NCBI RefSeq assembly: GCF_009914755.1
Contig: NC_060930.1
Length of the DNA stretch: 64,000 nucleotides
Strand: one strand, 5' to 3'
From: the human T2T-CHM13v2.0 reference genome, Homo sapiens
In this document: positions 1 to 15,300 of the stretch, one piece after another
How the letters are laid out: each line of letters opens with the position of its first letter
How positions within the stretch are numbered: position 1 is the first letter of the stretch
Translations under genes and position numbers: made by a program
The notes under the pieces: generated by a model
The model's input: only the letters and a program-made list of their open reading frames with translations
Told to the model about the DNA's origin: nothing
The model's database searches: none

Positions 1-399
1 GGTAGACATGGGAGACTTTTCATTTTGTTCTGTACTAAGAAAAATTCTTCTGCCTTGGGATCCTGTTGATCGGTGACCTTACCCCCAACCCCGTGCTCTC
101 TGAAACATGTGCTGTATCCTCTCAGGGTTGAATGGATTAAGGGCGGTACAAGATGTGCTTTGTTAAACAGATGCTTGAAGGCAGCATGCTCCTTAAGAGT
201 CATCACCACTCCCTAATCTCAAGTACCCAGGGACACAAACACTGTGGAAGGCCGCAGGGTCCTCTGCCTAGGAAAACCAGAGACCTTTGTTCACTTGTTT
301 ATCTGCTGACCTTCCCTCCACTATTGTCCTGTGACCCTGCCAAATCCCCCTCTGCGAGAAACACCCAAGAATGATCAATAAAAAAAAAAAAAAAAAAAA
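1..399 (+). mobile_element. SVA retrotransposon, 3' end (SINE-R/HERV-K LTR-derived part and poly(A)); 5' part lies outside the window
   Basis: Matches the recalled SVA 3' end (...cctgccaaatccccctctgcgagaaacacccaagaatgatcAATAAA at 377-382) followed by an A-tail at 380-399. Sequence after the tail resumes in an antisense L1. Confidence 0.93.
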
Positions 400-400
400 C

Positions 401-2320
401 AAAACAATATTAAGTCTTCCAATTAATAAATGTGGAATATATTTCAATTTATTTATGTTTTCTTAAATTTGTCTTTCAGTAATATTTTGTAGTTTTCATT
501 GAAGAAGCCTTTTGTCTCCTTGGTTAAGTCCTAAGTATTTTTTTTCTTTCCAGTGCTACTGTCAATTGAATTGCTTTCATAATTTTGTTTTCAGATTGCT
601 TATTATTAGTGTCTAAAAATGTTAACTAGATTTTGTGTGTTAACTTTGTATGCTGCTACTTAGGTAATTTCATTTATTAGTTATTGCAGGGGTTTTTTGG
701 TGAAATTTTGGGGTTTTCTAGATGTAAGATCATATTACCTGTGAACAGAGATCATTTCAGTTCTTCTTTTACAACATGGATGCCTTTTCTTTTTTTTTTT
801 TTTTTTTTTTTTTTTGGTATAATTGCCCTGACTAGGATTTTCAGCACTATGTTGAATAGAAGAGGGGTGAGTGGCATCTTGCCTTCTTCCTGATTTTGGA
901 AAAAAAGCTTTCAGTCTTTCACGACTGAATATGTTTGTTGTGTGCTTTCCACATAAGGCTTTTATTACGTTGAGCTAGTTTCCTTCTATTCCAGTTTATT
1001 GAGTGTTTTTTTTTTTATCATTAAGGGGTGTTGAATTTTGTCAAATGCTTTTTCTGTATCATTTGAGATAATCACGTGATTTTCTTCCCTTTCATTCTGT
1101 TAATGTAGTGTATTACATTGATTACTTTTTGTATGTTGAACCACTGTTGCATTCCGGGAATAAATACCCTTTGGTCATGGTCTATAATATTTTTAACATA
1201 ACATTGAGTTTGGTTTGCTAGTATTTTGTTGAGGATTTTTGAATCAATGTTGATAAGGGATATTGTTATGTAGTTTTCTTTTCTTGTAGTGTATTTGTGT
1301 CACTTTGGTATCAGTGTAATGGTAGCATCATAGAATGAATTACGAAGTATTCTTTCCCCTTCCCTTCTTTGAAAAGTTTGAGAAGGACCGGTATTAGTTC
1401 CTTAAATGTTTGACAGAAATCACAGTGAAACCATCTGGTCCAAGGCTTTTGCTTTCTGGGATATTTTTAGTTACTGGTTGAATCTCCTTACTAGCTACAG
1501 GTCTATTCAGACATTCTATTTCTTCATGATTTTGTCTTGGTAGGTTATATATTTCTAGGAATTTACCCATTTTATCTAGGATATTCAATTTTTTGGCATT
1601 CAATTATTCATAGTACCCTCTTATAATCCTTTTTTATTTCTATAGTCAGTAGTAATGTCTCCATTTTTATTTCTTATTTTAGTATTTTGAGTCTTCTCTT
1701 TTGTTATTAGTCCATCTAGCAAAGTTTTGTAAATTTTTGTTGATCTTTTCAAAGAGTTAACTTTTGTTTTCATTAATTTTCTCTATTGTCTCTAGTATAT
1801 ATTTTGTCTATCTTTAATCTTTTTATTCTCTTTCTTCTGCTATCTTTGGGTTTAATTTGTTCTTATTTTTCCAGTTCCTTAACTTGTAAAATTAGGTTGT
1901 TGATTTGAGATCGTTCTTGCTTTTTAATGTTCCCTTTGGCCATTGCTTTCACTGGTCACATAGGTTTTGGTGGGTTGTATTTTCATTTTCATTCATCTTT
2001 AAGGATTTTCTAACATTCCTTGTGATTTCTTCTTTGATCCATTGATTAAGAAGGTGTTTAATTTCCAAAACATTGTGAATTTTCTAGTTTTACTTCTGTT
2101 ATTGATTTCTAACTTTATCCCATTGTGGTCAAAGAAGATATTTCTATTATATCTACATTTTAAATATCAATAAGATTCTTTAAGTATTCTAATGATACTT
2201 AATTGTGACCTAACATATGATCTTTCCTGAAAAGTGTCCCATTCCCATATGCACTTGAGATGAATGTGTATGTTGTTGTTTTTGGGTAGAGTGTTCTTTA
2301 TATGTCTGTTAGGCCCATTT
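401..2320 (-). mobile_element. Old L1 (L1M-type) ORF2 fragment, antisense
   Basis: Minus-strand ORF 1394-1603 (KLNILDKMGKFLEIYNLPRQNHEEIECLNRP...SLGPDGFT) is a degenerate L1 ORF2 segment (KLENLEEMDKFL...KSPGPDGFT). T-rich plus strand. Confidence 0.88.
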
Positions 2321-3357
2321 GAATTATGGTCATATCAGTATTAATATTTAAAAGATGGAATAAACATATGATGCACTAGGTGTTAGGTAACATAATGTGA
2401 TATGCTAATAATAGCAATTACCTTTTGCACATTCTTCCACATTATCCCTCTAGAAATTAATTTTCCATCCTATTTATTTATTTTAAAAATAATCCAACCT
2501 AATAAAGTTTTCTGGACTTATCAGCTGAAATGGTATAAATAGCAAAATTCATCAAAGTCAAGTAATTTTATTTCTGAAATATAAATGCCTAAAGGTAGAA
2601 AGGCATAACCAAATTCTTGTCCCTAAAGGACAAATTTAATTATGTGAAAAAAGATTAGAGGCATGAAATGAGTTCAAGAACCACTATAAATAATGTCATT
2701 TGAAATATGAGGTTTGCATTCCTCCCCCACCCAACTGACTTATGGAACATTTGAAAACATACTTTGACAGAATATATTTTCCACAGGACAGGAGATACTT
2801 TTCCCCACAGTATACTTTCAAACATCAAGCTCCAAAGTAGCCTACTCAAATTTAATAAATATTAAGTGCAAAACACTCTACTCTGCAGGAAGAATGCAGA
2901 CTAATGTCTCCACTTTCATTTCTTATTTTAGTAAGGAAGAATAAGAAGACATTAAAGACACCTCTCCCTACCCTTCAAGGACTAAAATATTAGGTAGAAA
3001 CATATTTTGAATCAAATATTGCTGTCATACAGATACACATGTCATGCAATGGGAATAGGTGAGAAGGAAAAAGAATGGCCCCCGAGGGGTCAGAGAAGGG
3101 TTTTGTAACATTTGAGCTGGGAACTGAAGATGAGAGAGACCACAGGAGGACTAGCCTCTAAAGCTCAGTGTTCTCCAGTCACAACACATCCAGGAAATGA
3201 CATTTGTGTGGCAGTAAACTGAGGGAGCTGATTCCTGCCGGGTCAACTGGGAAGGGATAAGACTGGCCATCCCCAGGAATGAAGAAATCCATTTTGGTCA
3301 TAGCTGGGTGCCACGGAACACATATTGGAAAGTGCTGTAGCATTCCAAGAGTAAATG

Positions 3358-3516
3358 GGTAGTTCTCAACCCCAGCAACACACTATATAATCAACTATGA
3401 TATTTTTAAAAAATACAGATGTCATTTAAATCCAGCCTATAAGGAACAGCCTGAACGTGGGTATCTTTTTGGATATCTCCAATAAGCCTAATGTGAGACA
3501 GGCTGAGCATCACTGG
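3358..3516. mobile_element. MER5-like hAT-Charlie MITE
   Basis: Begins gtagttctcaacc and ends gagcatcactg, resembling MER5 termini. Confidence 0.45.
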
Positions 3517-5195
3517 TCAAAATTTTTCTTCTCCTACTAGAACAAAATGGCTGAGTCACATAACAAGTTTCAAAATTAAAAACAACAACAATAATAAACA
3601 ATCCAATAATTTAATGGATAATTAAATATTAAATGGCATCTACTTCCAATTCTAGCCATGAAGGAGTAACGGAGTCTAGAATTACCCTCCTGCTATAAAC
3701 AGCTAAAAAACTAGACAAAATATAGAAAATTTTATTTTCATATAGTGGACAGTGGAGGACTATGATCCTTAGGTGTACAGGAAAAAATAAGGTGAGCCCA
3801 GGATTTCTGCCAGTAGACAACCATAGGACAGCAAGATGTGGAGGAGGAACCCAAACAGAGTGGCAATCTGGCTGTGTTAAGGATTCAAACTGGTGATTGG
3901 GGAAGACAAGGCAGTTAGAATTCGTGAGACAGAGTCTCCAGGAGGAGGGAACTAACCAGAGAAAGAATTCCAAGGATCTCTACAGAGAACCCCTTGAGTC
4001 TTTGCTAAATACAAATCTATATATGCATAGGTTGCAAACTAGAGAAGCAGGTGAAACAACTTCCAAGGAATGAGCAATTGCCCACTCATTACTTGCTCAA
4101 CATTGTAGTGGAGGCCCTAGCCAGTGCAATTAGGCAAAAAAAAAAAAAAAAAAAAAAAAAAGGAAGAACAGGTATGCATGTTGGAAAGAAAGAAAATTAT
4201 TTTTCTGTACAGAAGACACATAAAAACCTCTAAGGAATCCACAAAAAATAAGGTCTTAAAACTAACAAGCAAATTTAGAATGGTCTCAAGACACAAGACC
4301 AAGATACAAAAAATTAATTATATTCTATATATTAACAACAATCAACTGGAAATTGAAATTTTTAAAAAATTCTATTTACAATAACATCCAAAACATGAAA
4401 TACTTAGAAATAAATTAAACAAAATGTGTATAAGCTTGTACTCTGAAAACTACAAAAGGTTACTGAAAGGTAAAAAGGACTGAAGAACTAGAGTTGTAGA
4501 CCATGTTTATGAATTTGAATACTCAATGCTATTAAGATTTCTATTCTCTCCAAATTCATCTGTAGATTCAACAAAATCCCCCTCAAAATCCCAGTAGGTT
4601 TTTTGTTATTATTGTTGTTGTAAATCTGATTTTTAAGTTATTTGAAAAATAAAGAGACTCAGAGTCGTCAAACAATTCAAAGTTGGGTGACTTACACTAC
4701 TTGATTTCAATACCACAAAGCTTTAGTAAAAAGAGAATATGGTAGTAGCAGAAGAATAGACCTATGGATCAATGGAAGAGAATACAGAATTCAGATGCAG
4801 ACTGACACATATGTGGTCAATTGATTGTGAATAAAATTTAAATGCCAAGTAGTTCAAACAGAAAAGGAAAGTCTTTTTAACAATCATCAGTGGGGGGAAA
4901 ATTAACCTTGACCCTTGCCATCTCAGGCCATATAAAAGTTTACCACAAAACAGATCATACACCTAAATTCAATATTTAAAACTATTAAACTTCAAGAAAA
5001 AAACATATGAGAAAATCTTTATGATCTTGGAGTAGGAGAAGATTTCTTAGCTAAAACACAAAATGAATGAAGCATAAAAAAATTGATAAATAAGACTTCA
5101 TCAAAATTTAAAAACCTAAACACTTTGAAAGATGTTAACAAAATAAAAAGGCACACCACAGAATGGGAGAAATTATTTGCAATAAAAATACATTA

Positions 5196-5557
<362 letters not shown>

Positions 5558-5690
5558 AACTTAATCAGCTAAAACTCAATAGGAAGGTAACACAATAAAA
5601 AATGAGCAAAGGTTTGAACATTTTACAAAAGAAGTTATATGAGTAACCAGCAAGAGTATGGAAAGATGCTCAACATCTTTAGTAATCAGA

Positions 5691-6287
<597 letters not shown>

Positions 6288-8565
6288 ACATGGAAATTCA
6301 AATTAAATGCACAATGAAATAAAACTACATACTTACTAGCATATATAAAATTTTAAGAAGATGATAATATCAAGTATGGGTGAGGACAGTGAGCAACTGG
6401 CACCTTCATACATTGCTGGTGAGACTGCAAAATAGTATAATCATTTTGGAAAGCTGTTTGACAGTTTCCTATAATTTTAAACATACACTTACCATACGAC
6501 CCAGCAATTCCAATCCTAAGTATTTACTCAAAAGAAATGAAAATATATGTCTACACAAATTGTCTGCAAATTTATTCATGATAACCAAAAACTGAAAATT
6601 AAGTGTCCATCAATAGGTGAATAGATAAACAAATTACAGCATATCCATAGTGATATGGAATGATATGGCATAAAATACTACTCAGCAATCAAGAGGAATT
6701 AATTACTGAAAGATGCAACACATGAATAAATTATGCTATGCAAAAAAGCCAGACACAAAAGCATACATACTGTAAGACTCCATTTCTATAAAATTCTAGA
6801 AAAGATCAATTTAATTTACATTGACAGAATATCAGTTTGCCTGGTGTCAGGAGTGGGGACGAGTGTGAAGAGGCACAAGAACAATTTTGGGGGATGATAG
6901 AAATATTCTATATCTTGATTGTGGTAATGATTACCTGAGTATGTGAATGTGTCAAAATTCATTGAAATACAAACTTACATGGTTACATTTTACTGTATGT
7001 TAACTACACCTCAATAAAGTTGATTTTTAAAAAAACATTATCCTTGAAATAGAATCGATTTTGTCAGTTTTATTTACTATTATTTTGCCCATAATGAGTT
7101 AATATGTCTGACTACTCTGAAAATGTTATGAAAAGAAAAAAGCTATATGTGGAAGTAATTATTGAGACCAGATGGTTTTCTGCTCTTTGAAGAGTTGACA
7201 ATATTAACAGTATTGCTTTATGTGTCTATAGAGTCTTATCTCTGTTACTTCGTGTTATTATGTATCTATAAAATGCCACTTTGTAGCAATAGCTGTACAT
7301 TGCAAATATCCTTTTACATGGCTTAACCATTGATTCTGACATACAGACCCTGTTATGCGTCCCTCCAGTTCTGACATACAGGAGGCTTTTGCTCACCAGC
7401 AATGACAGAAAAACTGCATGCCAGTTCAGGAATGCACTGTCTGGACCAACATTTGCCCTGCATTCCCAAGAGGAAGGTTAGGAACCCTAAGCAGCTGGAG
7501 AGATGCCCAGGAAAAGAATGTCCCCATCTCTGCTTCTTTTTTAGGTGAGTGGGGAAGATAAAACAGAACTGCCAGATGGCTACAACTCATTACTGCCTGG
7601 CAGTATTCAGGATGAAATAAGAGTAAATTAATCAGCATTCAGGAGGAATTAATGGCAAGGGGAGATGTGTATCGATGCTATTTTAGCCCAAGTCAAATTA
7701 AACCTGTAGAACTGACAACACACATTAATCTCCCATTGCCTCCAGTAGCTGTGCAAATGAGCTCCTCGTTTCTTTATACAAACAACTGTCATTTTGACGT
7801 TACTACTTTGGCAAAAAATTCTAGCGATGGCCTGGTAAGTTACCCCTAGTGATTAATACAGACTTGCGCTTTAAACTCGCTCTGCTAAGGAAAGAACGTA
7901 GTCTATATGGTAGCCATGAATCTCTAAGCGGCAGCCTTCTGACAGAAAGAAGGGCTTGTGTAAACCAATAGTCTGATTAGTCAGTTGTCTGCAAACGCTC
8001 AGGCTTAAATGAGCACTGAGGATTAACTGGATATTGCAGAAGTTGCAAGGATTTTTTTTTCCTAAAGGGAAATAGAAAAATTATGGGTTCTTTTTTACAA
8101 AAGTTTTCTGATTTATATATCAAAGCTCAGCTATAATTCTGTGTAATGGCATCATGTTAGATTATCTCCTCTGTGACATGTATTTAGGAATAATACTAAA
8201 TTGTAGAAAAAGGCTGACCTTCAATTAAAAATGAAATATCAACTCAATTGGTAGTATCTAAATTAAATTGAATTCCTGCTCAGTTGAAGCTCCTCTCTGA
8301 TTTATTCCATTCTCTAGCATTACTTTTACTCTCTTTATAATATTGAATACGACCACGTTTGATAAATGCTCCTCTAGTGGGGGCCTACTGAATTAGAAAT
8401 GCCTTCCAGAACCTCCAAATACTCAGTGAGACCAATTAGAGGAGGTCAGCCTCCTACCAAAATTATGGCAGGAAGCACAAATGAGGGAATAGAAATCATA
8501 AAATGGGCTGCAAAGCTGGTCACTTCTCTCAGGGTTTATTCTTCTGGACAATGTCATTTCTTACT

Positions 8566-10203
<1,638 letters not shown>

Positions 10204-10682
10204 TTCTTCTCTCTTATTTCATAAACATGTTGATTGGCCAAAACATAATGGGTAAAGGGAAAGAAACCCTGAATCAACCAGAACTTCCATATATGATACT
10301 CCAAATTAGTTCAAAGAACAAATAACTGGTGTGTCAAAGTGCCCTCATCTCCCTGAAGACCCTGGAGAATAAACACTCATCCTTGTATCATTTCCAGAGA
10401 GCTACCATTTCTGTCACAGCCTATTGCTAATGACTGGAAATATCGAATTTGTTCTGCTACCACAGATAGGTTAGGATCACAAGGAAGCCATGTTCAGGTG
10501 GGTTTGTTCCAATGTTCATTTTTCTATAAACAAAATATCTTTGCAAAGTGGGATGAGTTGACACTGGGAAATTTCATAAACTGTGAGACAAAGTTGATGT
10601 TCCTTGAATTGTTGGGGCCAGACTGTGCTAGCAACATTTACAAAAACAAACACTAATAAAACCCACAAAACAATAAATTACT

Positions 10683-10989
10683 GGCCGGGTGTGGTGGCTC
10701 ACGCCTGTAATCCCAGCACTTTGGGAGACTGAGGCGGGCAGATCACAAGGTCAGGAGATTGAGACCATCCTGGATAACACGGTGAAACCCCGTCTCTACT
10801 AAAAATACAAAAAAATAGCTGGGCGTGGTGGCAGGCACCTGTAGTCCCAGCTACTCGGGAGGCTGAGGCAGGAGAATGGTGTGAACCTGGGAGGTGGAGT
10901 TAGCAGTCAGCCAAGATCGCGCCACTGCACTCTAGCCTGGGCCACAGAGCGAGACTCCGTCTCCAAAAAAAAAAAAAAAAAAAAAAAAA
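10683..10989 (+). mobile_element. AluY-like
   Basis: Y-type diagnostics (gagaccatcctgg.taacacggtg; agaatggtgtgaacc). TSD core caataaatta on both sides. Confidence 0.92.
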
Positions 10990-11625
10990 CCAATAAATTA
11001 TCAAAATAATTTGTCCCCTATCCACTTGTTCCCTGCTTAAGAACCCCAAACCTGTATGTTGATACTCATGTTCAGACAAACCTCTTTACATAGAGTCCCT
11101 TACCCAAAAGTATATCCTGCAGACCCCTCATCTCCTGAGATTCTCCCCACAAAAATGAGTTTGGGAAAGACTGCATATTGTATCTCCCTTGGGGATTTAA
11201 AATGCCACCTTATGAAATAAAGGCTCTAAGGAACTTTGCAGTAAAGAACCTACTTAAACCCCAGTATATTCTCTCCATAAATGGAACCATTTTCCAAGCA
11301 ATGTCTAATAAAATGCAGTAAAGTTTGTTTTGTAGATCATACTTTGGGCATATTTCCTTAACCTATTGTCACTGTTGTTGAGTTTCTAGATTAGCATTTC
11401 TCAAAAGTGTATTTTCCACCACAATTTTTTCTTCCTTAGTGGGCTCCTGCCATAACAGGCCTCTTTCTTCATCCTCTATCTGGCCAAAAATACTCCCATT
11501 TCAGAAACTTAGTACTGCCTACTCCCTCTGCCTAGAACTCTGTTCCTCTAAATATGTAGTGGCTTATTCTTTCTCTCATGTCATTCAAGTGCCTACTCAA
11601 AAGTCAGCTTTTCAGGGAAACTTTC

Positions 11626-12000
11626 TGTTATGAGCTGAGTTGTATCTTCCCATAAGTGATATGTTGAAGCCCTAACTCACAATGTGACTGTATTTAGAGA
11701 CAGGCCCTTTAAGGACGTAATTAAGGTTCACTGAGATCATAAGAGCGGGGCCCTAATCTGATAGGATTGGCGTCCTTATAAGAAGAGAAGAGATGCCAGA
11801 GACTTCATTCTCCACCATGTGAGGACACAGTGAGAAGGTGGCCACCTCCAAGACAAGTAAAGAGGCTTCACCAGAAACTAACCCTGCCAGCATTTTGATC
11901 TTGGACTTCCTGCCTCCAGAACTGCGAGGAAGTAATTTTCAGTTATTTAAGCCACCCATCCTGTGGTGTTCTGTTATGGCAGCCCTAGCAGACTTATATG
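11626..12000 (+). mobile_element. MLT1A-type MaLR solo LTR
   Basis: tgttatgagctgagttgt...ccatgtgaggacacagtgagaaggtggcc...gttatggcagccctagcagact. 5-bp TSD ctttc / ccttc. Confidence 0.88.
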
Positions 12001-12124
12001 CCTTCCTGACAATCCCAGCTAAGATGAGCATTTCTATTATTCTCTCTTCTCCTTGTCCTGCTTTATTTTTCTGCAGAGCACTTATCACTACTCAACATTC
12101 TATATGTGTATCTCCTGGAGATTG

Positions 12125-12370
12125 AGAGGCAGTGGAATATAGTGGAATACAGTGCAGAAGGTTTTGGGCTCTGGGTTCAAATCCTGACTGCCACTTTCTA
12201 GTGTGTGATCCTTGAGCAGTTATGAAAGCTCCTTGAACTTCTCAACTGGTAAAATGGTGATGACAAAAATAGTCCTTGCTTGAAGGTATTATTATAATAA
12301 TGTAATGAGCTATGACCTGTAAAGTACTTAAACTAGTACCTGGAACAAAATGCACACACAATAACTATTA
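12125..12370 (+). mobile_element. MIR
   Basis: Core ctgggttcaaatcctgactgccact...gtgtgatccttgagcagtt...taaagtacttaaactagtacctgg. Confidence 0.7.
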
Positions 12371-15300
12371 CCTGCTAGTGCTTGTTGTCTGTCTACCTCC
12401 CTGGAATGTAAACTCCATAAGGATAAGGACCTTGTCTTATAGAAGGATATGTTCACAGCCCCCAGATCAGGGCCTCTGGGGCACATGTTAAGCCTTCAGT
12501 AAATATTTGTTACCAGCAAATATGAATAATGAAAGCTCGTGGGCCTTTTCTCAAAGCTCACAATGCTAAGATTATCTTTTTGTTATTGAATGAGCACCTC
12601 ATTACCTAACATTGCCACATGATTTCAGAGCCCTTATTTTTGTGTTTAGTACTGCTGCCAAGTGATAGTACCTAGTTGACATAGGCTAATGAGCAAAGTT
12701 CAGAGGGGCAGTTAACAGCCAGAGGAATATCGGCTTTCATATTCAGAATCTGAGTTCACATTGGAACAGTCAGTACTACATTTAAGTCGTGAGTGATGCT
12801 TCATTTCAATAAAACATCACCTATATAATTAAATCAAACCACTTCATTTGAAATCATGAGCTTTGTAGTTTTGCTTGTATTGGTTGTACAGTAGTACATA
12901 ATTTGATATTCCAGGTATCAGTCAATGGCTCTTTGACACCTTCTGCTGATGAACTTCAGAACTTGTGTTGCTCAACAGTATGTCTTTGCAATGTGTAATT
13001 CTTTATGGCTCAGTCAAACAAATGCAGAAACCATAACAGAAGCCTGGTGGGTTTGGCATTACCTTCAATAGGTCACAATTCGCGATGTTAGTGGCCAGCA
13101 GTCACTAAGAGGCCAGTATAATAGGTGGTAAGACAGTAGTCCCCAAGTAATATTCTCCTGAAAATCAACTTTTACAATTACTTGTGCCTTATATCATCAT
13201 GTAAATCAACACTGGGAGCAATCACTACTAAGAAAATCAGCAAGAGAGTTTAATTCCCAATGAGATATGTTCCTTGTTTTCACCAGTGTAGATATTTCCA
13301 GTGAAATTAATTATTATTCCCACCTGGTAAAAAGCCTGGTAAAGAATTTGCTGTCATTGTGGTAGCAAGTTGCACATTCTCTATGGAACTCCACCCAAAA
13401 ATTATGGCAAATCAAATAGACATTACCAGTGTTTCAAACATCTCCTTCTTTCTAACTGTGCCTACTAGGTGGAACTTCAAGCAACCATTTTTGAATTGGA
13501 ATAAGAGCCTTTGTAGATAAAAGTTCTTAGGCACTGCAGGATGTTTTAAAATATTATAATATTTAGCCTTCTAGAAGTTCCCATTATGAGATATGTTTTG
13601 TAAATTAAGAAAACCTTTTATACTAGCAACGAAGAATCAGAAATTGACATTTTTAAAGCAATACATTTTACAATAGCATAAAAATATAAAAATAACCTCA
13701 TGATAAATCTGAAGATGTTTAAGACTGATATATTGAAAACTACAAAACATTGTTGAGAGAAGTTAAAGAAGACCCAAATAAATGGAAAAATATAACATGC
13801 TCACAGGTCGTAATACTCAATATTGTTAAAATACTAATTCTCTCTTCACATTGATCTATGGGTTCAACACAATTCCAGTCAAAATCCCAGCAGGCCTTTT
13901 TGTAAAAATTGATAAGCTGACTCTAAAATTCAAAGGAAAATTAAAATGTCCTTCACTAGCTGAAACAAATTTGAAAAAGAACAAAGTTGGAAGACTAACA
14001 GTATCTGATTTCAAGACTTCATTTAAAGTTACAGTAATCAAGGAGAGAATCCACAGACCCTCTGAAGGAAGCAGATTGCTCCTGCAGGACCCTAAAGACA
14101 CCCCAAATACTGTGCTGGTTTCCACGGCTGAGAGACCCACAAATGGTTCACATCACAGAACTCTGTGTAGACAACCCCCAGTACCAGCCTGGAGCCTGGT
14201 AGACTTGCTGGGTGACTAGATCCAGAAGAGAGATAACGATCACTGCAACTTGGCTGTCAGGAAGCCACATTCCTAGGAAAAGGGGGAGAATACTACATCA
14301 AGGGAACACCCCATGGGACAAAAGAATCTGAACAACAGCCTTCAGCCCTAGACCTTCCCTCTGACAAAGCCTACCCAAACAAGAAGCAACCAGAAAACCA
14401 ACTCTGGTAATATGACAAAACAAGGTTCTTTAACACCCCCCAAAAATCACTCTAGCTCACCAGCAATGGGCCCAAACCAAGAAGAAATCCTTTCATTTAC
14501 CTAAAAAAGAATCAGAAGGTTAGTTATTAAACTTATCAGGGAGGCACTGGAGACAGGCGAAGCCCAGTGCAAGGAAATAAAAAAAAAAAAATACAATAAG
14601 TGAAGGGAGAAATATTCAGTGAAATAGATAGCATAAATAAAAAACAATCAAAACTTCAGGAAACAATGGACACACTTATGGAAATGCAAAATGCTCTGGA
14701 AAGTCTCAGCAATAGAATCAAACAAGCAGAAGAAAGAACTTCAGAGCTCGAAGACAAGGTCTTTTTATTAACCCAATCCAACAAAGACAAAGAAAAAAGA
14801 ATAAGAAAATATGAATAAAGCCTCCAAGAAGTCTAGGATTATGTTAAATGACCAAACCTAAGAATAATTGGTGTTCCTGAGGAAGAAAAGAAATCTAAAA
14901 GTTTGGAAAACATATTTCAGGGAATACTTGAGAAAAACTTCCCCGGCCTTGCTAAAGACCTAGACATCCAAATACAAGAAGCTCACAGAACACCTGGGAC
15001 ATTCATTGAAAAAGATCATCGCCTAGGCACATTGTCATCAGATTATCTAAAGTTAAGATGAAGGAAAGAATCTTAAGAGCTGCGAGGCAAAAGCACCAGG
15101 TAACCTATAAAAGGAAAACCTATCAGATTAACAGCAGATTTCTCAGCAGAAACCCTACAAGCTAGAAGGGATTGGGGCCGTATCCTCAGCCTCCTCAAAC
15201 AAAACAGTTATCAGCCAAGAATTTTGTATCCAGCAAAACTAAGCTTCATATATGAAGGAAAGATACAGTCTTTTTCAGACAAATGCTGAGAGAATTCACC

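Larger units (their letters stand above)
11490..12520 (+). mobile_element. L2 3' end fragment containing a nested MLT1A LTR and a MIR
   Basis: L2-type motifs ccctctgcctagaa, gcacttatcac, gaatgtaaactccataagg and cagtaaatatttgtt, split by the two insertions. Confidence 0.65.

Noticed and set aside
153-374. 73-aa ORF
   Set aside because: Standard spurious ORF of the SVA SINE-R region.
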